Shown here in pieces: positions 25,952 through 38,130 of a stretch of DNA of 64,000 bases. Source of the DNA: the human T2T-CHM13v2.0 reference genome, Homo sapiens; NCBI RefSeq assembly GCF_009914755.1, contig NC_060927.1. One strand, 5' to 3'. The stretch's first letter is position 1, and every line of letters begins with the position of its first letter. The notes beneath the pieces were generated by a model. The model was not told where the DNA came from, searched no databases, and saw only the letters and a program-made list of their open reading frames with translations. A program made the position numbers and the translations under genes.

Positions 25952-26453
25952 GTCTTTTACTGAGGTTAAAATCATTTTTTTGCAGAGTAAACCAGTAAAG
26001 ATTGCAGAACAATTATATTGCAACAAGTTGCTAATTCATAGTTTCTGCTTGAGACTCTAAAGCAGTTAATATTTACATTGTTAGATGTGTGGCCAAATCA
26101 TGAACTTTTATTTAGTAGGCGATTTCATAACCTCCAAATGTCTGAATCTTACTCTTTTTGTATTGTATTGAGGAAAAAAATGATCATTTTGATTCTATAG
26201 GCTTTAAAATTAAATCAAACTCTAGGTAGCATTGTTTGGGTTATTTAGTGAATTTAATGTTGATTCTTTAAAAATAGAAGTGGGGCTTTTCTCCTGCAAA
26301 ATTGCCAAGAGAGCATTTGCACCATGGCATTTAAGAATATATCAGTTGAGATTTTCTATTGATCCCAGCTGGGGGGATGAGTGCCCCGAGAGAATACATG
26401 CGCCGGCTTTATGAGGGTCCCTGTCATCAAGGATTTAGCTGTTTCATTTACAG

Positions 26454-26517
26454 ATTCCTGTAAATGTTCACCAGATCCATGACCAGTAATTTTCACTGGA
26501 GAAGGACTGGACCGTGG
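26454..26517 (+). other. Candidate 64-nt non-coding or 5' exon (unverified)
   Basis: gtttcatttacag|ATTCCTG...CCGTGG|gtaagc; stops occur in all three frames read from the acceptor. Confidence 0.25.
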
Positions 26518-27283
26518 GTAAGCAAATGACTCTTTGTCATTAATGGTTTCAAGTAGCATTAAAAATGTTCTGGCAGCTCAGTTGATTTTGATGAAGCTAT
26601 GAAGCCCAACTGCAATGTGTATCTAGCTCATATTTCCAGTTATAAGACCAAGGAAAGAATCAAAGTGAATAATATGTAACGTACACACATACACACACAC
26701 CCTAATTTTGATTACATAGCTTTTCCTGTATAGAGATTTAACTTGAAGTCTACAGATGTTCACATTTAGCACAGCACAATAAAAATACAAGTAAAACAGA
26801 AACTACTTTTTATGTAATTAAATTTATATCTGCTAATGTTCACTTCCTTAATTGGGTTATCTCCTAAGTGATCAGTAAATTGCATGCAATAACTAATTTA
26901 CATGCCTCCTTAGACACTGTAGCTGCCTGATGATTTGAAAAGTATAAGTACCCACAAGTGTACCAAAATTCATTTTGAATTAACAGTGAATAAAGAAATC
27001 TTCAAAAATTCTTGAGACATGACAGATAAATGAGTTAACACATCTCTCTGTGGAATCTGTTTCTATGTATCAAAACTTTTTAGTTCATGTTACTGTTTAA
27101 ATGACCTCCCATTAATGTAAGCCTGTCATTTATAAAAATATTATTATTATTGTTTCTAAATTTCACTTAGAGATGCCTTAGAAAAATCTATAGCTAATTT
27201 TCTTCGCCTGTATTGCTTCTAGTATGGGCTGACTCACAGAGATGCTGCATTACACACAACAAAGTGTTCCATAATTTGCAATA

Positions 27284-27325
27284 TCCTCTCCTCCTCCTTC
27301 CCCTTCTCCCTCTTCTTTCCTCCTC

Positions 27326-27370
<45 letters not shown>

Positions 27371-27398
27371 TTCCTCCTCTTCTTCCTCCTCTTCTTCC

Positions 27399-27474
<76 letters not shown>

Positions 27475-27521
27475 TCTTCTCCTCCTCTTCCTCCTGCTCC
27501 TCTTTCTCCTCCTCTTCTTCC

Positions 27522-27592
<71 letters not shown>

Positions 27593-27596
27593 CTCC

Positions 27597-27630
<34 letters not shown>

Positions 27631-27718
27631 TTTCCTCCTCCTCTTCCTCCTCCTCCTCTTCCTCTTCCTCCTCCTCCTCCCCCTCCCTCTCCTCCTCCTT
27701 CTTCTCCTTCTTCTTCTT
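27284..27718. repeat. 435-bp (CCT/CTT)n polypyrimidine tract
   Basis: All pyrimidine except one G at 27496; dominant 12-mer CCTCCTCCTCTT. Confidence 0.98.
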
Positions 27719-27994
27719 GTCACTCTGTCACCCCAGGCTGGAGTGCAGTGGTGTGATCATAGCTAGCTGCAGTCTTAAACTCCTGGGCTCAAGGGATCCT
27801 CCTGCCTCAACCTCCCGAGTAGCTGGGACCATAGGTATGCATCACCACTCCCAGCTGTTTTTAAAAATGTTTTGCAGAGATGAGGTCTTGCTATTTTGCC
27901 CAGCTGTTCTCAAATTCCTGGGCTCAGACCATCCTCCTCCCACCTCAGCTTCCCCAAAATGCTGATATTACAGGCATGAGCTACCACAAACAGC
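27719..27994 (-). mobile_element. AluJ whose tail is replaced by the CT tract
   Basis: cactctgtcaccccaggctggagtgcagtgg...ttacaggcatgagctacca. Confidence 0.92.
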
Positions 27995-28142
27995 TTGTAA
28001 TCTGTAATCTCTTATAAGCACAGAGCAGAAATAAAAATGGCATCATTTTTAGGTTCTCCTAACTCTTCTTGCCCATTCTTCACTGTCTGCCCAGGAACAA
28101 AGTCCTGCTCTTGAGTCCACAATTATCCAAGTAATTCTAAAG

Positions 28143-28720
28143 GTCTTCTCATACATGCCTGGTGAGGGCATAAATTAATGAAACCTTTATTGAGGACAAC
28201 TTAGCAATATTTATTAAAATTAAAAATGCTTGAAGCCTTCAACCCAGCAATTCCACTGCTGTAAATCTATATTTCAGATAAATTTGTGTATGTGAAAAAT
28301 GGCATTATATGTGTCAACTTTTGCATTATGGCATTGTTTTAAATCGTGAAAGATTTCAACCTAAGAAGGATGAAGTCAGCAGGGGACTTGCTAAGTAAGT
28401 TATGGTGCAGCTTGTTTTGAGCCATAATAAAAGAATGAGGAAGTCCTTCACACCTTGCTACGGTAAAGTTACCAACACACTTTATTAAGCAAGAAGAATA
28501 AAGGTGGTAAATTGAACTTCTCCATTTTAAATAATTTGTGTAAAAATGGAGAAATGAATATATACACATGTATATGTATATTTATGCATATTAGCTTATA
28601 TGTGTGTAAACTCTATCTGGAAGGACGGACATAAAAGAAATTAATCATACTGGCTGTTTATGGGGAGGAGAACTGGACAAAGCTAAAGGAGACAGGTATG
28701 AGCATGGCATTTTTCTGTAA
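28143..28720 (+). mobile_element. Old L1 (L1ME-like) 3' region
   Basis: ctcatacatgcctggtg, ttcaacccagcaattccact, tctggaagga...ataaaagaaattaat. Confidence 0.7.
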
Positions 28721-29789
28721 CCACTTTAAATAATGTTTTTATATCGTTAAGACATTAAAAATATTCTCATCCTTTATTGTTTCCTTCCCAACCTGACATC
28801 CCATGTTCAAATGTTCAAATTACATTTTTCCTCTTCCCCTCTTTTAAATTTCCATTTTAGTGCTGTCAATTTTAGTTGGCTATTAGAAAAACAACCCAAA
28901 TTCATATTAATGTGTAGGTGACTCATAGCCTCAGACCTTCCAGGCGTGTTTTCTATTTAGAAGAGGAGAGTTATTAACTTGCATGGAATTCTAACTCGTT
29001 AAATACCAGGCGGTTCTAAAAGTACCCCAGGCAGTGCTTGCACGATCATTTGATTAAAGTGAGGACAGCAAGCCAAAGACATCTGTAGGTTCTTTAATCC
29101 ACATCCCTGACAAAAGGACAAAGCAGTCACTGCCACTCACACCAAGATTCTACCCAGAGGTGGATGCCCAGAGGGCTTCCAAGGAAGTTGCATGCTGGAA
29201 AACTCCAAGTACAGATGGGACAGAGCTGCTGAGCTCTAAGCCAGTATATCTAAGTGTGGTTATCACACATGTGGCAAAAGACATATAACACATGGCATAT
29301 GCTTCATGATGGAATGTTTGTTAAAAAGAAAGACTCTAGAGCCCCTCTGTCCTCAAGATCTACTGAAGGCACTGTATAAAAGAGCCCTAGTTTGAGCACT
29401 GCTGTCTGTCATGAATTCGCTTCATCTGCTACTTTTCTGATTTCAGTAACTGGGGACAGTGGGATCTCAATCAGAAAGGATTTGCTCCTGGAACACCCAA
29501 GGCTTGGGCAATCTCTGAGCAGCCAAGCCCAGTGTTCTCTGAGTTCAAAGATCTGAAAGTCTTTGCAAAGACCTTAGAGACCCATCCTGCCAAGACTGAT
29601 CCCAAAAATGCTTTCCTAATCCATTTCCTGAGGCTCTCTGCTCACTAGGGCCCAACCCCACACTTCCTGTTTTATAGGGATAGTTAGCCTCTGCCCTGGG
29701 GCACTGGGCTGGTCCATGTGTTCCTTTCCTACCCTAGCTAATGTCTTTTGACATTTGGGGATGCGTCAGTGCTGCAGATTCTTTAAACT

Positions 29790-31600
29790 CTATTCATTTA
29801 TTTTAAAAAAATACTTAATAAGGGCTGGGCACAGTGGCTCATGCCTGTAATCCCAGCGCTTTGGGAGCCTGAGGCAGGAGGGTAGCTTGGGTCCAGCCAG
29901 CCTGGGCAATATAGCACAACCCCCATCTCTACAACACAAATAAAAATAATAAAAATATCTAGTGAGTACAGGCTTTGGGACCAGTACTCTTTTGGGCCCT
30001 GGGGATTCTGAAAGGAACAAAAGAGACCAAAATCAGTCCTTTTGGGAAGTAGATATATAATAGACAATAAACAAGGCAAATAAAGAAAACATAATTGTTT
30101 TAGGATGAAACTCTAAGGTTTGGGGGTAAAAAAGAAAAAAAAAGTATGTAGGAATGGGGAGTGGGGACAGAAAATGTTCTAGAAAGAGGAAAGAGGAAGT
30201 GCAAAGGCTTAAATTTACGAAAAGCGAGGAGTTCCATGTGAGTGGAACAGCCTGGGTGGGATAAATCCTGCAAATTTGAATGAGGTGAACTGAGAGCCAT
30301 GAGCAGGGGCCAGGTCATGGAGTCTCTTTGGGAACTTTGGCTTTGATGCTAAGCGAGACAGGAATCCATTGAAAGGTTTGCGTTTTGTTTTGTTTTGAAG
30401 AAGAATCAACATGATCTGACTTACTGAAATGATCTTGATGTTCAGTTGAGAATTTCCCACATGGTGACAAGGCCTGAAATACAGAGCTCCGTTACAGTAA
30501 TGTAGGTGAGAGTTAACCAGGTGGAATCAGCGGAGAGGTTAAGAAGTAATTAGAATATGGTGTATTTTCAAATCAAAACCGTGAGGATTCCATCACTCTA
30601 TGTGAGGATATAAAGGAAGAACGAGAGTCAAGGACGACTCCACTTTGTTGGCCTAACTGGAAGAACAGAATTGCCACTTACTAAGATGGAAAGACTGGAG
30701 AGAGATGCAAATGTTAATGGACAAGTAAAATGTGGCAGGTCAATCTGACAACTAAAAATGGAGCTGTAATGTAGGCAGTTGGATGCATGAGTCCAAGGAA
30801 GAGATATGGCTTCAACATATAAATTTAGAATCTTTGTGTACATGTAGTAATTTAAGTCATGATATTTGATAAGTCTACAGATGGAGTCTGTGGAGGCATA
30901 AGAGATCCCAAGACTGAGCTTTGGATCAGTTCATTTTTAAAGATTAAGAAGATGGAGAGGACCCAGCAGAGGAGACTGAGAAAAAAAGAAAAAAAGAAAA
31001 ACCGTAGCTATTAGGCAGAAAACCAAATGAGTGTCTTATTCTGTTGGCCAAATGAACTAAATATTTAAAGATAGAATGCTCAACTGTGTCAGATGCTACT
31101 TAAGGTCACAGAAGACAAGTAACAAGAACTGACCGTTGGAAACAGCAATGTGGAGATTATGGGCCACCTTTATAAAAGCAATTTTCCTGGAGTGGTACAA
31201 GGAAAGTCTCTATTGCAGGAGGTTCAACAGAGAATGAGAGAAGAGACTGTGGAGATAGCAGGTAATGATACCACACTAGTGTCCTGCAGTACGGGGAAGA
31301 AGGAAAATGAGGAATATATGGAGAGAAATGTGGATATAACAGGTTTTGTTTTTAAAACAGGATAAGGAAAAGCGTGTCCATATGCTTGTGGGAATCATCT
31401 AGTTAAGTTAGAAAAATTAATGATACAGCAGAGAGGGGGAAAATTGCTGAAGCAAAGTACTTGAGCAGACAAAACAAGACGGGAGCTAGGCACAAGTGTA
31501 GAAGTGACTGTAATGTAGGCACATAGACAGATTATCATTATTATGAGAGAAGGGAGATAATGGGTGAAGGAGGTAGATAAGCCCAGATATTTGGTCTTTG
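29790..31600 (-). mobile_element. L2 (long fragment)
   Basis: attcattta end, gggccaggtcatggag...ccattgaaaggttt, gagtcaaggacgactcc, caagactgagc L2 motifs. Confidence 0.8.
29823..29955 (+). mobile_element. FLAM_C-like monomer inserted in L2
   Basis: ggctgggcacagtggctcatgcctgtaatcccagc...ccccatctctac plus A-rich tail; short internal deletion. Confidence 0.88.
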
Positions 31601-31809
31601 TAGTGTGCAGTCCATGATGCATTCATTATTTCACATTAATGTTTGGAAAATAAGTGGGAACCCTGGCATACATTGTTTGGTAAAGAAACAATGAATTATG
31701 CTGAAAGAGAACAGATTTCCAGACAGTGTTGTTGGAGTCTTTATCCATTGCATATGGCTCCTGTTAGAGTCAATTTATATAAATAGAGAATTCCTTTTCC
31801 AGTCTTGTT

Positions 31810-32375
31810 TAATTTAAGCAATGAAGTATTGAGTGCTCCTGAAGATTATTAAGACTCCACCCCTGCCTTCAGGAAGCTGCCCATCTGGTGGAATGAGCCC
31901 TAAGATATTTTGAGGACTGCTCACTCCACCCATGATCCCACAACAGGAAAGAATATTTAACATTAGGGACATCCAGGAATATTCAGGACATATGTTTGCC
32001 ATTACTGTAATTAGTGTCAGTTGTTTGTAAGTGCAGAAATAGGGAAATAAACAGTGTTACAGGAGAACAGAAGAGCAAATGCTCAACTTTGTCTGGGAGG
32101 TGTAGAGAAGCAATGTTAAGGCATTGAAACTTACTGAAATAGAAGAAGAGACAGGAGTTAAGCCTGGACAGGTAGATTAGGGTCATATTGAATGAATAAT
32201 TGTTCTAAGGGGTATGAATATTTTTCTATAAACATCAATGGTGACGTTAAGTATGTCTGTGTTTTGGAGAGAAATGTAGTAGCTGTATGGAGCAGAGGCT
32301 GGCCATAATTGAAGGTTGAAAACCATTGTGTGTCCTCTGCAATAGTCCAGGCTAAATATAATAAGGAAGTGACAA
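31810..32375 (-). mobile_element. L2 fragment (continues at ~33657-33890)
   Basis: gtattgagtgctc...ccctgccttcaggaagct; ctgcaatagtccagg. Confidence 0.55.
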
Positions 32376-33656
32376 TGACACAGGGCGCTTTCAGCTCCAC
32401 TTCACCAGCCAGAAATCTCTGTGGCCAGCTGTGCCCCTGCCCAGGCTTCACTCGGCTCTGGGCTCGCCACTGGGCTCATTCCACCCACTTGGCCCAGTGG
32501 GCTGCACTCAGCTTGCACTACCAACCCAGGGTAGGGCACAGGTCTTTGCACTCAGTGGCTGAGCTGGGTGTGGGCAGTTTTTGCTTTGGGCACCAGCATC
32601 TAGATAAGGGGAACCCAGTGGCATCGGAAAACTCAGAGATGCCGGTAACCACAGAGACCTAGGGGTTTTATGGCTCTTTCCCAGGGAGTCCCCAGGTTTG
32701 AGCCCCCAAGAAATGTTACATCATTTCTGCTGCCCGCAGTGCAGCAAACAGGAGGGCATATTACAGCTTATTCATGTTACAGCTTGTTCGTTCCTGCAGC
32801 CCATAGCTCAGCAAATGGGGGCATGTTGTGCCCAGAGGCTTTTTCTCCACATTGCTTGGTGAATGAGAGGGAGGGTTACAGTGTTACAGCTCTTTTTGTA
32901 CCTACTGTTTGGTGGGTTCCGTGTTCTTGTCCCACAACCAAGAAGGATGAGATTGCACAGACATTGGAGAGTGGACAAGGCAGGGAAGAATTTTATTGAG
33001 TGAGAGTAAAGTTCTTGACAATAAGAGGGGAGCCCAAGTTGGTGGCCCTTTGTGTGAGGGGGAGGGCCCGAAAGTGGGTATCCCAATGTGTGCCTGAGTC
33101 TGGGGTTTTTATGGGCTCAGAATGAGAGAGTGCATGCTGATTGGTCCATGGTGGGCCTGGAGAATGCACCATTTAATTGGCTAAAGGCCTTAAGGAAGTT
33201 CTTACTCTGGTAGTGGACTCTCCTCAGAACTGGAAGTTCAGTTTTCAGGCTTTAAGCTGTCTTTGGCTTGAGGTTGGATTTCACCAGAGACCTGTCCCTT
33301 TCTGCCCAGAAATTTATCTGCCGTGGCCTGGAGCAGTGGCTCATGCCTGTAATCCCAGCACTTTAGGAGACTGAAGCGGGTGGATCACGGGGTCATGAGT
33401 TTGAGAACAGCATGGCCAAGATGGTGAAACACCATCACTACTAAAAATACAAAAATCAGCCAGGTGCAGTGGCAGGTGCCTGTAATCCCAGCTACTCAGG
33501 AGGCTGAGGCAGGAGAATCACTTGAAACCAGGAGGCAGAGGTTGCAGTGAGCCAAGATCATGCCACTGCACTCTAGCATGGGTGACAGAGCAAGATTCCA
33601 TCTCAAAAAAAAAAAAAAAAAAAGAAAGGAAATTTATCTGCCTCCTGCTGCTATCA
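32376..33656 (-). mobile_element. ERV1 solo LTR of the LTR27/LTR28/MER52 group
   Basis: TG...CA ends with 4-bp TSD acaa; reverse-strand AATAAA at ~32992-32997, CCAAT and TATA-like boxes, tgatagcagcaggaggcagataaatt start. Confidence 0.82.
33325..33628 (+). mobile_element. AluSg/Sc-like inserted in the LTR
   Basis: Dimeric Alu; TSD gaaatttatctgcc at 33309-33322 and 33629-33642. Confidence 0.95.
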
Positions 33657-35814
33657 ACAAGGGCAATAAATGTTGAAAGGAGGGAGTACATCTCATTAAG
33701 TTTTTAAGCAGGGCTTTGACACGTATTTAGAAAATAAGAGAAAAAATAACTGACTATGAGGTTGCTGTTTGGGGTAAAAGTTACATTTTGATTTCATTTG
33801 TCAAGATGTAGATTGCCGAGGATGAGACAGATTTGGTCAGAAGGTGAGCAAGCATAATGAGTTCATTATGTACATGTTGAATATTAGGTAATTTTAAGCT
33901 ACTCTAAAGTCTAGGATTTGTTTCTTTGACATGTTTCCTGTCTTTTAATGAACGTTGAATCTATAATCAGAACTCAACAAAAGAAAACTCAGGAAAACTA
34001 GCAATATTTAGGTGCAATTTCATGTGAGGGACATTGACTGCTAAAGGACAAATTCATTACATCCCTAGCAAAATCAAGGGTTTCCATTATTTTAATGCAG
34101 GGTAGCAGGGTAACCACTTTTTTTTTTTTTTTGGCTTAAAATAATTTTTGTAAGTTACAAGATGGGCCAGACATACTTTACTTTCTTTTCTTGTTATATA
34201 TTCACAGGCAATCAATCCTTTGATAAAGAAAAAATAAAAGTTTAGAAGGATGGTTAGGAGGATGTGATTAAGTAATACAGCATAAAGAAAAGGATTAATT
34301 TACTTGAAGATACCCTTTTCTTTCATATATGCCCAGTGGAAAATGATAATAGTTTTAAGATTTCCAAGAACTTCAATAAAATATATGTAATAAATGCATC
34401 AAGCTTCTTATTGCATTGTCTCAGTCATTAATTATACACCAAAACCATTTAATGTCAGAATAGAATGCTTACTTGACCAATCCACAAAAACTCCATTGAT
34501 TTGTACCACTTTAGTCTATGGATTCAATATACTGTAAAAACTTTAAAAATCAGTAAACTTATTTTTTAACAAACTAAAGAACACTATGAAATGCTATGAT
34601 GTTTTCTCATTACACTGTCATAGTGTTCTTGTACTCAGCAATGTTATCAATGACATAGATTATCATATGAATGTATTATCATCTTTATTGTGAGATTATG
34701 TATATTTAATGCAATGCTTTTTTCTGGAAAGTTAAACCTAAATTTAATATATAATTATGGCCAATATATTAATTCCTTTAAGGTATTTAAAATTTTCTCA
34801 TGTTACATATTTTTTAAAGTTTCCTTTTTTAAGTTCTTATATTTTTATTAGGTGAATGACTTTATTATTGACTAAAGTCTCTGACAGCAGATAAAAGGAG
34901 GAATAAATGAATGAATATACAAACTGAACAATTAAATAAGCCTTGTTGCTACCTCAAGTGATTTCTTAAAAAAATCTTGCTTTCAGCAATGTTAGTAGCC
35001 CACTGAAAGTAACATCCTTATATTTTTTTTACCTACAGAAAAGTATGTGAAAAAGTCACAGCAGCCTTTTTGGTGCTTCTTGTTTTTCTTCAAATTGATA
35101 TCAACTGTGTTTAGCATGGATAGGTACTTTGCTTGAGCAAAAGTTTTCTTAGTATTTCTAAATTAGCTTCTCCTCATTTTTTGGAGGATATTCTTATCAT
35201 CATATTGACTCTGCAACATATTAGATGCATCCATTTTCCAAATCGTGTACATTTTTATTGCAGTTATAAATGGTAATCTTTTAAATTGTAAGGTTTTTAA
35301 ATTAATCATGGCTCAATTTACCAAAGACATTATAAAATGGACTAAATTTGCTGGATCTTATAATTTATGATTTGTTCTTTTACTTTCATTTATATTTTCT
35401 CATTTTCTTTCTTTTTCCCTTGGAGATTCACTATCTCAAATATTGTGTAACACCAAATCTCTTTAAGAGCCACAAAGAAAAGTATTGTGATTCATACATT
35501 CATATGACAGATCGCTTACCCAAATCTCCATTTTACTAGGAGTTATGAGATGTAGAAAGTAAAGGCCTAACCTGCCTTTTCCAAGAACTAGTAATATGAC
35601 GGAGAGAGACATTTAAAGTACAGTACAAGAGAGAATACAGTATTTGTTGCTGTAGAATTTTTAAAAACTATAAACTATGGGAGCACCTAGAAAAAATTGT
35701 TAAGGAGTGTTAAAAGCCTCGTTGAAGTTGGCACTTCTCTCACACTGCAGATTATGAAGGAAGACCTATTCATATGGGCAAAAGGGATGGTTGCAATCAG
35801 GAGAAAGGAATAAT

Positions 35815-35965
35815 GGTTTGTTTCCTAGAGCTACCATTAAAAATTAGCATAAATTGGGTGGCTTAAAACAAATGTATTCCTTCTTCATTCAAGAGGCCAG
35901 AAGTCAGAAATCAAGGTTTGGTTCTTTCTGGAGACTCTGAGGGAGTAACTGTCCCAGGCCTACTC
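35815..35965 (-). mobile_element. MLT1 MaLR LTR fragment
   Basis: gggtggcttaaaaca...gaggccagaagtcagaaatcaagg...ctctgagggag. Confidence 0.8.
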
Positions 35966-36139
35966 TTGAAAAATAATAGTTTCTCACTATTGTTTCAATT
36001 TATTTTAGAAGCAGAGAGACAGATTCTATAAAGGCCCAAGGCAACATAAACTCCTATGTCTGGTTTAAGTAATGTCCTATCATAGAAAACGTTAAATCAT
36101 ACTTTGTCAGCTCACAGAGATACATTGACCTATCTAATA

Positions 36140-36290
36140 GAATAATAATAAATGTTATTAGCAATAACCGTCATGTATTGAACATAGTTAAGCGTTTCAC
36201 ATGTATATCTCATTTAATCATCACCTTAATGGTAGTACTAGCATGCTCTAGGTAGAGATAAGAAAACTGAGGCCTAAAGAGAGTTATCTA
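36140..36290 (-). mobile_element. MIR
   Basis: atctcatttaatcatcac...agataagaaaactgaggc. Confidence 0.65.
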
Positions 36291-37969
36291 TAAACATTTG
36301 CTTGTGATAAGCAGAATAATAATAAAACAAATTGAACATGAGGACATATATTACTATGAAAACTGAAAAAAGAAGGAGAGGTGGCACATGAGCATAAATA
36401 TGAAATGATAGTGCAATGACAGAGGAAATGGAACTCTGTGTGGTGTGATCAACTTAATTTTCAGCACTTTCTGCTTCTGCCTTCTGCAGCAAAACTCATT
36501 ACACAATATAAAAATATTATGTGCTACTTACTATGAGAGTAAATATTAAGGCTATAGTACACATTGCTTTGAAACCTTGCATTTGAGGATTGAAAGCTTT
36601 ATCTCACAAAGTAGAGGTTAATATAAACTGCCATTATAAGTAAATGGATATTTGTTAAAAAGCAAACAAACTGAAGAACTTCTCAAAAATGAATTTATTT
36701 CTAAGCTAGAAAAGCCTAATATTTTTGAGGTGCTTCACAAGGCTGATATTTTTCAAGTATGACCACCATAGTGTATTCCTGAAAATAGGTGTCATAGGAA
36801 TAGGTAAAAGTGAAGATTACTCTGCTCAACACCATGCCTTCTGAATCGAAGTTTCAGGAAACAAACTGAGGCAATTTGCATTATAAATGAACATCCAGGG
36901 TAATTGTTTAATACCAAATACCTGAGAACCATTGGTGTAGGTTTAATGTGAGTATTCATAACATTCCCCCCAACATTAAAAAAAAATTCTTTAATTTTTA
37001 ACTTTAAGAAATGACTTCAGTAAGATGGAAGAGATGGTCATAAAATGAAAGGGTGTTCTCAGTCTACAGTGGTTCCATGAATTTTCATTTCAAAGGAGTT
37101 GTATTAAGTAAATATTTAAGGTAACTATTTTACAGATGACTTTTTTTTTTTAAATCAAATAAATATGTTTGGAAAAGCCATGACCTATTTGTAAATTCTT
37201 TTCTAAAAAGCCTGAATGTGTGTATGCATATGGTATATATGGTCGTGTATCATAAAATAAAATGAAATAAAATAAGGTAGATATTGGGCTTTCTCTTGCT
37301 GGTCAGAAAAAAGCCTTCCCATTTCAAGGGACTGGCTCTACCAATCAGGCCAAATTTCCTGGGCACACATCCTTCTGGGAGTGGTTGCTCTCTTTACTTT
37401 CCATTTAGCAGCTGTACAGTTGGGAAATGTTCAACAGAATGAAAGCCACCTGCTCCTCTAATGATTTCAGCCAAACAGACAGGATTGAAGGTTTACCAAA
37501 TGTGTTGTCTGTCACTCTGACTCTGCTCAAAAAAGTAAATCAAACTGGTCAGATATTCATATAGAAAATGTGTCATTAGTTAACTCCTGGAGTGCCTGAA
37601 GCTCCTTTCAGGCTACCAGACTCTGCTGATTTGGAGATGCCTTTTTAAAATGAAGAATGGAAGTGATTTGAAGAGACAAATTTGGAAAATGAGGCATTCT
37701 AGAATGTTTCCCTTATCAAATGCTATATCATTGCACTCTATAAAATGAGTAGATTTATGCACATTTTTCCCCACATTGACAGTTTGATTTTAGTATGTGA
37801 TTATATGTTCCCAATCCGACTAATTAAATGTCAAATTCCCATAAGTTTCCAACTCACCCCTTCTTCCAGCTCAGTCTCTCTGTATTCCCTGAAAATTGTC
37901 TACAAGAAAGTATAGTATGGAAGGGAAAACCATCATAGTCTTTCCTATCACACTGGAAAAATCACATTA

Positions 37970-38130
37970 GAAGTGGAAATTGGCCTCCACCTTCTCTGGC
38001 AGTTTGGGCACGCTCTTTAATCCTTCTGTGCCTTAGGTTTTTAATCTGTAAAGTAGAATTATTTTATACATTAGATGTGTCTGGAAATGTCACAGGACAT
38101 TTGTTTTCCTGAATAAATGTTCAGTATTAT
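37970..38130 (+). mobile_element. MIR
   Basis: ttgggca...tttaatccttctgtgccttaggtttttaatctgtaaagt. Confidence 0.55.

Noticed and set aside
27213-27965. 250-aa poly-Ser ORF and 157-aa poly-Arg/Lys antisense ORF
   Set aside because: Both are translations of the CT microsatellite (plus Alu sequence for the longer one); the repeat simply cannot encode stops.
32158-33707. Cluster of 60-117 aa ORFs
   Set aside because: They lie in a GC-richer ERV1 LTR, Alu and L2, where stops are rarer; no gag/pol/env similarity seen.
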